The notes under the pieces were generated by a model. That model made no database searches. It was not told the DNA's origin and worked only from the letters and a program-made list of their open reading frames with translations. The translations under genes and the position numbers were made by a program. A stretch of 24,000 nucleotides of DNA from Winkia neuii (GTDB taxonomy: Bacteria; Actinomycetota; Actinomycetes; Actinomycetales; Actinomycetaceae). This document shows, in pieces, positions 16,160 to 23,860 of this stretch. The DNA lies in NCBI RefSeq assembly GCF_029011175.1, contig NZ_CP118946.1:1894680-1918679 (forward strand), written 5' to 3'. Numbering within the stretch: position 1 is the first letter of the stretch; each line of letters opens with the position of its first letter.

Positions 16160-17068
16160 ATGTCATCAACCAAAGCGCCCGCCAAATTGCGGCGCAAATC
16201 AAATAAAGGACTGTGGGGCACCGTCCTCCTGTTCCTGGGGCCGGCCTCTATAGGCCTAATCGCCTTCTACCTGGTCCCAGCCATTCGAGGACTGTACTGG
16301 TCGTTCACCGAGTACCACGTGCTGACTCCCCCAAAGTTCGTAGGTACCGCCAACTACGCCCGCATGTTCTCTGACCCACTGTTCTGGAACGCCCTCTGGG
16401 TCACCTTCTACTACGTGATCTTGAATATCGGGTTCCAGACGATCATTGCCGTGCTATTGGCCGTACTGCTGCACAAGCTGACCAAGTCCACGGTAATTCG
16501 CGGCATGGCGCTGCTGCCCTACTTCGTAGCGAACGTGATCGTGGCCCTGCTGTGGTATTTCATGATGGATTTCAACATCGGCATTGTGAACTCGCTGCTG
16601 CAATGGGTAGGCATAGACCCGGTCGCCTTCTTCGGCGACGAAAAATGGGCCATCCCCACTGTCGCCGCCATCAACGTGTGGCGCCACATGGGATACACCG
16701 CCCTGCTAGTGTTCGCGGGTCTACAAACCATAAACCCGCAAGTCTACGAAGCCGCCTCTCTGGACGGGGCTAGCGAGACCCGCAAATTCTTCTCGATCAC
16801 CCTGCCACTGCTGCGCCCGGTCATGGCCATGGTGCTAGTGGTGACCATGATTGGCTCCTTCCAGATCTTCGACACCATCTCGGTCACCACCAAGGGCGGG
16901 CCGGTCAATGCCACGCGCGTGCTGTACTTCTACATCTACGACCTAGCATTCGGACAGCTGGACTTCGGATACGCATCCGCCCTAGCGGTAGCCCTATTTG
17001 TGCTGCTACTAGCCGTGGCACTCATCCAGATGAAGCTCATGCGAGCCAGCGAATCCGACGAACTGTGA
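16160..17068 (+). CDS. Sugar ABC transporter permease (CUT1, MsmF/RafF-like)
   Basis: Starts 10 nt after aga. Six TM helices. EAA loop YEAASLDGASETRKFFSITLPLLRP. Confidence 0.92.
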   Translation: MSSTKAPAKLRRKSNKGLWGTVLLFLGPASIGLIAFYLVPAIRGLYWSFTEYHVLTPPKFVGTANYARMFSDPLFWNALWVTFYYVILNIGFQTIIAVLLAVLLHKLTKSTVIRGMALLPYFVANVIVALLWYFMMDFNIGIVNSLLQWVGIDPVAFFGDEKWAIPTVAAINVWRHMGYTALLVFAGLQTINPQVYEAASLDGASETRKFFSITLPLLRPVMAMVLVVTMIGSFQIFDTISVTTKGGPVNATRVLYFYIYDLAFGQLDFGYASALAVALFVLLLAVALIQMKLMRASESDEL

Positions 17069-17076
17069 GGGCAAAA

Positions 17077-18009
17077 ATGACAACCGCAACAGCGCCCGCA
17101 CGCATTGGCGCAAAGAAAAACAAGGGCACAAAGGTTCGCCGCGGCATCGGCCACTACCTGGCCTGGGCATTCCTGATCATCATCCTGGCAATCACCATCC
17201 TGCCGTTCCTGTGGATGCTACGCACCTCGCTGACCCCAAACTCCGAGATCACCGGATCGCTAAACAACCTGATCCCAGACAACCCCACTCTGGACGCCTA
17301 CCGCCGAGTACTGGGCCTAACCTCGCTAGACGAAAACCTGGCACAAGGCGGCGCCGGCGCCCAAATCAACTTCTGGATCTACATGCGCAACTCCGCCGTG
17401 GTCTCCACCGTCGTGGCAGTTGGGCAAACACTCTTCTCGGCAATGGCCGCCTACGCCTTCTCAAGGCTGAAGTGGCCGGGCCGAAACATCGTGTTCACCT
17501 TCTTCCTATCCGCGCTCATGATCCCGTCAATCTTCACGGCAATCCCCAACTTCGTCCTCATCAAGGAACTGGGGCTGCTGAACACCTACGCCGGGATCGT
17601 GCTGCCCACCCTGCTGATGACCCCCTTCGCCATCTTCTTCCTGCGCCAATTCTTCCTTGGAATTCCGCGCGAAATTGAAGAGGCCGCCCTCCTAGACGGG
17701 GCCTCGCGCATCGGCACCTTCTTCCGAGTCATCATCCCCATGGCAAAGGCACCCATAACCACCCTGTTCGTGCTGACTTTCATCACCCAGTGGAACGACT
17801 ACCTGTGGCCACTGCTAGTTGGCCAAAACGAAAAGGTGCGCGTACTAACCGTGGCGCTCGGCATCTTCCGGTCGCAAACCCCGCAAGGAGCACCCGACTG
17901 GTCCGCGCTCATGGCAGCCACCCTGCTGGCAGCCGCGCCCATCATGATCCTCTTTACCATCCTGGGCAAGCGAATCGTCAATTCCATCGGCTTCTCTGGC
18001 CTGAAGTAG
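17077..18009 (+). CDS. Sugar ABC transporter permease (CUT1, MsmG/RafG-like)
   Basis: EAA loop EEAALLDGASRIGTFFRVIIPMAKAP. I prefer the ATG at 17077 (GAGGG 5 nt upstream). A GTG at 17065 overlapping the upstream TGA is an alternative start. Confidence 0.9.
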   Translation: MTTATAPARIGAKKNKGTKVRRGIGHYLAWAFLIIILAITILPFLWMLRTSLTPNSEITGSLNNLIPDNPTLDAYRRVLGLTSLDENLAQGGAGAQINFWIYMRNSAVVSTVVAVGQTLFSAMAAYAFSRLKWPGRNIVFTFFLSALMIPSIFTAIPNFVLIKELGLLNTYAGIVLPTLLMTPFAIFFLRQFFLGIPREIEEAALLDGASRIGTFFRVIIPMAKAPITTLFVLTFITQWNDYLWPLLVGQNEKVRVLTVALGIFRSQTPQGAPDWSALMAATLLAAAPIMILFTILGKRIVNSIGFSGLK

Positions 18010-18022
18010 AAGGAGCGGAAAA

Positions 18023-19393
18023 GTGAGAAACAAACGCAAAGGGATGCTCGCCCTCGCTCTTGGATCTATAAGCGCCCTGTTACTGGCAGGGTGCGGCACC
18101 GGCGAGCTCGGAGAAGCAGGCAAGACCACCATCAACTACTGGTTGTGGGACAGCGCCCAGCTACCCGGGTACACCGCCTGCGAGAAGGCTTTCGAAAAAG
18201 AGAACCCCCACATCGACGTGCGCATCAACCAGTACGGGTGGGACGACTACTGGACGCAGATCACCGCGTCCATGGTGGCCGAGACGGCCCCAGACGTCTT
18301 CATCAACCACACCCAGCAGATGCCAAAGTACCAGCAACTAGGGCAAATACTGGATATTTCCAAATATGCCAAACGCGACCACGTAGACATGTCGGCATAC
18401 CAGGACGGGCTGGCAGGGCTGTTCCAAGGCAAGGAAGGCAAGGGCCTTTACGGGCTGCCGAAGGACTGGGATACCGAAGCCATGTTCTACAACAAGACCT
18501 ACCTGAAGCAGGCCGGCTACACCCCGGAAGACCTGTGGAAGCTCAGCTGGAATCCCAAGGATGGGGGTACCTTCGAAAAGTTCATCGCCCACATGAGTAT
18601 TGACAAAAACGGGGTGCGCGGAGACGAAGAAGGTTTCGACCCGAAGCACGTAGAAGTCTACGGCATGGGATACAACGAGTCGGGGGCCGGATACGGGCAG
18701 GTGCAGTGGTCCACCTACGCCCTGTCGAATGGGTGGCGCTACAACGCCGACAAGGACGAGGCCGGCAAATGGATCACCAAGTGGAACTACGATTCGCCCA
18801 AACTGGCGGAAACTATCGCCTGGTGGAAGGGACTAATCAAGAAGGGATACATGCCCTCCCTCCCTGCCGCCACCTCGGGCGTTGGTACCGTGGAATCGCT
18901 GGCCGCAGGTAAGTACGCCACCTTGATCGAGGGGGCCTGGCAGAACGCCAACATCAAACCCAAGATGGAAAAGTGGGGCGTAGACGTTGCGCCCGGCCCA
19001 TACGGACCGGCCGGATACAGAGCCTCGGTAATGAACGGCGTGGGCGACTCCATCTTCGCGGGCACTAAGCACCCCGAAGAAGCCTGGAAGTGGGTCCGGT
19101 TCATGGGCACACCCAAGTGCCAGAACCTGGTTGCCGCACAGGGCGTCGTCTTCCCGTCGCTGAAGGAATCCACCAAGAAAGCAATCAGTACAGTATCGGA
19201 TATGGGCTATACGGCCACCGCCTACTCTTCATATATGAAAGAGGACGGCCGGACGGTCCCCTCGCCCGTCACCGCCAGGTGGGACCAGATTCAGACGATC
19301 ATGCAGCCAGCCATGGACGCCGTGGTTGGCGGCAGCAAGCCCCTAGAATCGTTGATGGGCGCAAACAAGCAGGTAAACGCCCTCTTCAAGTAG
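18023..19393 (+). CDS. Sugar ABC transporter solute-binding lipoprotein (CUT1, MsmE/RafE-like)
   Basis: GTG start 7 nt after AAGGAG. Signal peptide with lipobox LLAGC. 456 aa. NYWLWD...GWDDYW motifs are typical of family-1 extracellular solute-binding proteins. Confidence 0.92.
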   Translation: MRNKRKGMLALALGSISALLLAGCGTGELGEAGKTTINYWLWDSAQLPGYTACEKAFEKENPHIDVRINQYGWDDYWTQITASMVAETAPDVFINHTQQMPKYQQLGQILDISKYAKRDHVDMSAYQDGLAGLFQGKEGKGLYGLPKDWDTEAMFYNKTYLKQAGYTPEDLWKLSWNPKDGGTFEKFIAHMSIDKNGVRGDEEGFDPKHVEVYGMGYNESGAGYGQVQWSTYALSNGWRYNADKDEAGKWITKWNYDSPKLAETIAWWKGLIKKGYMPSLPAATSGVGTVESLAAGKYATLIEGAWQNANIKPKMEKWGVDVAPGPYGPAGYRASVMNGVGDSIFAGTKHPEEAWKWVRFMGTPKCQNLVAAQGVVFPSLKESTKKAISTVSDMGYTATAYSSYMKEDGRTVPSPVTARWDQIQTIMQPAMDAVVGGSKPLESLMGANKQVNALFK

Positions 19394-19409
19394 GCGCTAC
19401 CAACAAGAA

Positions 19410-19461
19410 GCCCCGCTTTGCCCCGAATTTTTCGGCCAGCGCAAGGCGGGGCATTTCTTTT
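19410..19461 (+). terminator. Intrinsic terminator ending the aga-ABC operon
   Basis: 12-bp stem GCCCCGCTTTGC (19410..19421) / GCAAGGCGGGGC (19441..19452) with one mismatch. It encloses an inner CCGAA-TTT-TTCGG hairpin and is followed by ATTTCTTTT. Confidence 0.8.
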
Positions 19462-19611
19462 GGCGCGGGCAGCAAATTGGGACAATCAGGCAGCGGCTCG
19501 GGGCGATCCGCAACAGATGCGGCGTGGGCGCGCTTGTGAAAAGGGGCGTAAAACAGCCCTAAAGTGGGCTTCTGGCTCGCTCAGCTCATACAAATGTGCT
19601 ACGCATAAAGG

Positions 19612-20856
19612 GTGAATTTCAGCGCCCATCGTCCCGTTTTGCACGTCCGTCCCGAAAAAGGTTGGTTGTCTAACCCCGCCGGATTATTCCGCGCTTCTGG
19701 CGTTACTCACGTCTTTTTTCAACACAACCCCAACTCCACCATTCGTGAACAGGTGCACTGGGGACACGCCACCTCTAGGGACATGCTGCACTGGCACAAC
19801 GAGCCAGAAGCGCTGCGCCCCGAACTAGACGGCATCGATGACAACGGCTGCTGGGGCGGCACCGCCCTTGCCGAGGGCGACACGGTAAAACTGGTCTACG
19901 CGGGCGTAAGCGGCGTCTCGAACGGAATCTGCCAGCCCATCATCGCAACCGGCACCCCGGACACCAAGGTATTCACAGACAAATCCCCTGTGCAGGTAGA
20001 AAACCGGCAGGCTGAAGCCGCCAAGCTGGGCGCCCCCTGCGTATTCGTACACGACGGTTTCCGCTACGCCATTCAAGGTGGGCAGGTTGGCGAACGCGGA
20101 GGCGTAGTCATTTACGATGCCAACGATTTGGATTCCTGGCGCGAACTGGGCGTGTTCTACAGCGCTGCGGACGCCCCCGGCGCCTTGGAAGCCCCCAACT
20201 GGGAATTCCCGCAGCTAGTCCGATTCGGGCAGCGATGGGTATTCTTCATTTCCATGCGCCAGCGCGACACCTTCAAAGATTCCGTCGGCTGGGCTTTGGG
20301 CACCATCAATTTCGACGGCGAAGTACCCCACTTCCAGGCCACCAAGGCTGGCAGAGCCGATTCCGGCCCAGACTTCTTCTCGCCAAAAATTGCACTCCTA
20401 GACGGGGTGCCCACCATGATGGCGTGGGCTCCCGAATCTAAGGTTCGCCCTCTAGGAGAGGTCGCTAAAGACGGCCTGGCTGGCGCACTAACCTTCCCGC
20501 GCATCGTCACCCTAGCCGAAGGCCCCGACGGCGCCTTCCCCTACCTGGCTCCCTTCGAAAAGCTCACCGAGCTGCGCCAGGAAGAGGTAGCACAAGACGA
20601 GCTAGCGGGCGTACATGCGTGGGAGGCAGAGTTCACCTCCGCCGGCAAGATCACCCTGGCTAAGCGACGCGACCTAGACGTAGAACCGGGCGACCGGCTG
20701 CTAGTAGACGGATCCTTGGTAGAGTTCTACCCGGCAAAGGTAGGCAGGTTCCCCCACACGGAACGCTTCGACCCCACGAACGGGATCAGCCTTGAGCTGC
20801 AGGATGCAACGGCAAATTTTTGGAAGTTAGCAGATGGGACGCAAGAGGCGAACTAA
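19612..20856 (+). CDS. Glycoside hydrolase family 32-like protein (beta-fructofuranosidase fold) lacking two of the three canonical catalytic acids
   Basis: GH32 signature blocks are present: HRPVLHVRPEKGW, FFQHNP, WGHATSRDMLHW, GCWGGTA, NWEFPQL, and a C-terminal sandwich with DGSLVEFY. The nucleophile box reads WLSNPAG instead of WMNDPNG. The RDP box reads GAP. The GTG start has poorly spaced AAGGG. The gene lies downstream of a terminator, so it has its own transcription unit. Confidence 0.85.
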   Translation: MNFSAHRPVLHVRPEKGWLSNPAGLFRASGVTHVFFQHNPNSTIREQVHWGHATSRDMLHWHNEPEALRPELDGIDDNGCWGGTALAEGDTVKLVYAGVSGVSNGICQPIIATGTPDTKVFTDKSPVQVENRQAEAAKLGAPCVFVHDGFRYAIQGGQVGERGGVVIYDANDLDSWRELGVFYSAADAPGALEAPNWEFPQLVRFGQRWVFFISMRQRDTFKDSVGWALGTINFDGEVPHFQATKAGRADSGPDFFSPKIALLDGVPTMMAWAPESKVRPLGEVAKDGLAGALTFPRIVTLAEGPDGAFPYLAPFEKLTELRQEEVAQDELAGVHAWEAEFTSAGKITLAKRRDLDVEPGDRLLVDGSLVEFYPAKVGRFPHTERFDPTNGISLELQDATANFWKLADGTQEAN

Positions 20857-21127
20857 CAAGTGGGCGCAAGAAGCGCGCCCTCTACAGATACGCCGCCTAG
20901 CCTCCACCCCAACCACCCAGGTGCGTGGCGGCAACACCTATCGGGTGCAACGCCTACCCGCGGCAGAGAAGGAATACATCTGCCCCGGCTGCACCCACGT
21001 CATCGAGGTCGGCAGCCCCCACGTAGTCGCCTGGATAATCCAGGGCTCCTTCGGGCTGGACCAAGGCGTCGACGCCCGTCGCCACTGGCACCCCTACTGT
21101 TGGAACGCCGGCACGGTAGGCCGCTAA
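20834..21127 (+). CDS. Small conserved actinobacterial zinc-ribbon protein (family often annotated 'ATP/GTP-binding protein')
   Basis: Basic N-terminus MGRKRRTNK, then YRVQRLPAAEKEYICPGCTHVIEVGSPHVVAW...RRHWHPYCW. This matches the CPGC...HVVAW...RRHWH..CW pattern I recall for the family. GGAAG lies 7 nt upstream. It overlaps the GH32-like stop by 23 nt. Confidence 0.75.
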   Translation: MGRKRRTNKWAQEARPLQIRRLASTPTTQVRGGNTYRVQRLPAAEKEYICPGCTHVIEVGSPHVVAWIIQGSFGLDQGVDARRHWHPYCWNAGTVGR

Positions 21128-21475
21128 AACCCCAATTACAACAGGCCAGCAAAACCCAATTTCTGAGGCTCATCAGGCCACATTTTTCCTTTTGTGCGAC
21201 TTTTCTGATAATTTTTTAATCTGCGTGGATCTCACTTCCGCTACACCTGCACGGAAGCGGGAAGGAAGCTAGAGTCCCGCATGTACAGCGCGAATATTAT
21301 GCGCAACAACTAGTTGAGCTTTGCCCCGGACTCTAGAGCCATGGTCCCTGGCGGGGCTCAACTCATTTAAAAACCCCACCCCCACTTCCTTAATGCACCC
21401 GGGCGTCCAGTTGTTTCTAATCTTTGCGTATTAGGGTGAAGGGCGTAGCAAAGCGTAACGAGTGGAGATGGGACA

Positions 21476-21952
21476 ATGTCAGTTTTTGATTTCACTGTAA
21501 AAGCCGCCGACGGCAGCAACTATGACCTTTCCCAGCACCAGGGAAAAGTGTTGCTCATAGTAAATACTGCCTCTAAATGTGGTTTCACTCCGCAGCTCGA
21601 AGAATTGCAGAAGCTACACGAAAAATATGCCGACCAGGGGCTAGTGGTGCTGGGATTCCCCTGCAACCAATTCGCCAATCAGGATCCCGGTTCCAATGAC
21701 GAGATCCAGGAATTCTGCAAACTAAACTACGGGGTTTCCTTCCCCGTGCTCGCAAAGATCGATGTGAACGGGCGCAACACCGACCCGCTGTTCGAACACC
21801 TGAAAACCGAAACGGGCGGTATGTTCGCCGCCATCAAATGGAACTTCACCAAATTCCTAGTGGGACGCGACGGCCAGGTAATCCATCGCTATGCCCCCAC
21901 CACTAAGCCCTGTTCCTTCGAGGACGCAATCCAAGAGGCGCTCAAGGCTTAG
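21476..21952 (+). CDS. gpx: Glutathione peroxidase (Cys-type, BtuE/Gpx family)
   Basis: LIVNTASKCGFTPQ (peroxidatic Cys), LGFPCNQF, KWNFTKFLV. 158 aa. GGAGA lies 7 nt upstream. Confidence 0.95.
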   Translation: MSVFDFTVKAADGSNYDLSQHQGKVLLIVNTASKCGFTPQLEELQKLHEKYADQGLVVLGFPCNQFANQDPGSNDEIQEFCKLNYGVSFPVLAKIDVNGRNTDPLFEHLKTETGGMFAAIKWNFTKFLVGRDGQVIHRYAPTTKPCSFEDAIQEALKA

Positions 21953-21967
21953 GGCAGGGGCAACTCG

Positions 21968-23233
21968 CTATTCTTCCTGCGCTGGCTGAGAAGTTTCGGC
22001 AGCCAACTGCGTTGCAGCCTGGTCAATCTTGGCCAACGCTTTGTTCGTTAGACCAACCTCGGCCATCAAATTGTTGTGGTAGCAGGGTGAGGCGAACTCG
22101 TGTCCCTGCACGTAGGGAAGAATCATCCCGGTAGGCCGACGCTCCGAATCTCCCGTGAACACCGACCGCAGTCGAAGCCCGGCCTCTTTCACGGAAGCCT
22201 TCGAAACGATGCCATACTCGCACTTGGAGGTTGCGACCTCGTCTGCGTTATCCGTTGCAGAAGCAACCGGCACCGCGTAGTCGCCCATCTCGATCAGTCG
22301 CTTCGAGGTTTTCCCAAACAGGGTGAAGCCGCCAACCTGCACGTCGCCCGCGTATGCCGTGTACGGCACGCCCTCGGGCCAGGCAGGAAGATTCTTGATC
22401 TCGACTGAATCGTCACGCATCGCCAGCGCGCCCTGACTGTAGGCGGCGTCGGGCGGACCACCAATGCCGAAACAGAACTGTCCGGTCTTATCTGCCATCG
22501 CCGAACACTGCTTCAGCAGCAGTTTTGTAAGTCCAACGGGAATGTTCAGCCCCGGAACCAGCATCGCTCCATCGACCGCATCGAAAGCTACCGATGCGAG
22601 CGGCACGCCCGTGTTAGGAGTGCCAAAGGTGATCGCCTGGCCGACCCGAGCAGAAATCGGCTTGCCGTCCTGGTCTACCTTCGCCATTGCTTCGCGGAGC
22701 GCCAAGCCACCCATCGAATGGCCCACTACCACGGCCTTCTTGCCGAAAGTATCAGTCACGCATTCAAGCCCCTTGGCCAACCTGTCGCCAATCTGCGGGT
22801 CAGTCACCCAGTGCGTGGACACCGGTTCGTAGTTGAACATGAACACTTCCACGTTCGGGTCCTGCTGCAGTTTGCCGATGAACGAAGACTTGATCTCGCT
22901 CTTCGCCAGCAATTCCCCGCCAATACCGTTGGCCTCCCGGTCGATCTTCAACGAGAACTGGCTGCCGCCCTCGTCGGCATGATGGCCCCGAGCAGTCCAC
23001 CCATGCACCAACACCACGGGGATCTTCCCCACGCCATCGCGCACAATCGGCTGGTCAGAATCCGTATGGTCGGAATCCAAAATCGGGGGATGATCCAAGA
23101 ACGCCGAACACGCATTTACGTCCGGCTCCTCCTGCGTCTGGGGAGTGGCAAGGGCTGTCCCCGCCATCCCCGCTGCAGCCAGCGCGCTCACAGCCGCCAC
23201 CGCAGATACCTTTCTGAAATGTTTGAACACCAT
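21968..23233 (-). CDS. Secreted alpha/beta-hydrolase (lipase/esterase-like)
   Basis: Signal peptide MVFKHFRKVSAVAAVSALAAAGMAGTALA. PVVLVHGW and the nucleophile elbow VVVGHSMGG. I prefer the ATG at 23233 (GAAAGGA 3-4 nt upstream) over the TTG at 23248 in the ORF track. Confidence 0.85.
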   Translation of the reverse strand: MVFKHFRKVSAVAAVSALAAAGMAGTALATPQTQEEPDVNACSAFLDHPPILDSDHTDSDQPIVRDGVGKIPVVLVHGWTARGHHADEGGSQFSLKIDREANGIGGELLAKSEIKSSFIGKLQQDPNVEVFMFNYEPVSTHWVTDPQIGDRLAKGLECVTDTFGKKAVVVGHSMGGLALREAMAKVDQDGKPISARVGQAITFGTPNTGVPLASVAFDAVDGAMLVPGLNIPVGLTKLLLKQCSAMADKTGQFCFGIGGPPDAAYSQGALAMRDDSVEIKNLPAWPEGVPYTAYAGDVQVGGFTLFGKTSKRLIEMGDYAVPVASATDNADEVATSKCEYGIVSKASVKEAGLRLRSVFTGDSERRPTGMILPYVQGHEFASPCYHNNLMAEVGLTNKALAKIDQAATQLAAETSQPAQEE

Positions 23234-23287
23234 TGTCCTTTCTTTCAATTACCGGGCTGGAAAAATGCCCGGGGTTTTCGGGCCGGC

Positions 23288-23860
23288 CTACTCGCTTTGC
23301 GTGTCAGCGCCGGCGTCGCCCTCTTCAAAAGGCAGAGTGCCAAGCAACGTCCACTTTCCGTTGGACTTGCCAAGTACCGCAGTGTACTTCTCTGCCTGCT
23401 GGCCGGGGCGGGTGATTGTTGTAAGCACCATCGCCGTCGTCTCGTCCACATCAGTCCAGGTGCTCTTGTCCACGTCCACCTTGGTGCCCTTCGGGAAGAC
23501 CTCCGAAAGGTCCACCCCATAGAACTCCTTGGTGTTCGCCGACACCGCCTGATCCGGGTCCTTCGGAGCGTCGGTAACCGTCTTTACGGCCTCTTCGACC
23601 TCTTCCTTAGAACGTTCCACCTTGGCAGGCGCTTCCTTGGTGGGAGTAGGCGTAGGCGTTGGCGTCTTCACTTTCGCTTCCGCGGCCGGATCCTTCTGGC
23701 CCGCCTGCTTTTGCGGAACAGTGGCACTTGGGATGGTGTCCGATGCTGCCTTCGGAGTCGCTTCCTTGTACGTCCACAAGCTCGCGGCCAGGCCAATCAC
23801 TACCACCGCCAGTACCACCCCAATGCCGGCCAGGATTAGGTTGCGGGTTCTACTGCTCAC
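23288..23860 (-). CDS. Single-pass membrane-anchored hypothetical protein (TP/K/E-rich linker plus a ~90-aa globular C-terminal domain)
   Basis: GTG start. TM segment LILAGIGVVLAVVVIGLAASLW. Linker KVKTPTPTPTPTKEAPAK. Ends 54 nt upstream (same strand) of the hydrolase gene. Confidence 0.7.
   Translation of the reverse strand: MSSRTRNLILAGIGVVLAVVVIGLAASLWTYKEATPKAASDTIPSATVPQKQAGQKDPAAEAKVKTPTPTPTPTKEAPAKVERSKEEVEEAVKTVTDAPKDPDQAVSANTKEFYGVDLSEVFPKGTKVDVDKSTWTDVDETTAMVLTTITRPGQQAEKYTAVLGKSNGKWTLLGTLPFEEGDAGADTQSE

Noticed and set aside
19090-19615. ORFs 19090..19539 and 19418..19615 covering the region between the binding-protein gene and the GH32-like gene
   Set aside because: The first is off-frame within the binding-protein CDS. 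Both read straight through the strong terminator hairpin at 19410..19461. Their compositions are Arg/Gly/Ala-rich.
20860-21219. 119-aa ORF in an alternative frame downstream of the GH32-like gene
   Set aside because: It is an Arg/Pro-rich low-complexity translation. The overlapping 20834..21127 frame carries the conserved CPGC...HWHPYCW pattern and has a better RBS.
21281-21313. 10-codon mini-ORF (MYSANIMRNN*) in the structured region upstream of gpx
   Set aside because: The nearest purine-rich stretch is 14 nt away, which is poor SD spacing. It is too short to evaluate and is more plausibly part of an RNA structure (the GCAT/ATGC complementarity).
21953-21967. Only 15 nt between the convergent gpx and hydrolase stops; looked for a shared bidirectional terminator
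   Set aside because: I could find no inverted repeat in or around the gap, so no terminator is reported.
22718-23839. 373-aa plus-strand ORF, one of the longest in the track
   Set aside because: It is antisense to two well-supported minus-strand genes (the GHSMGG hydrolase and the membrane protein). It is extremely Arg/His/Leu-rich with no recognisable motif, as expected for a shadow ORF in GC-rich DNA.
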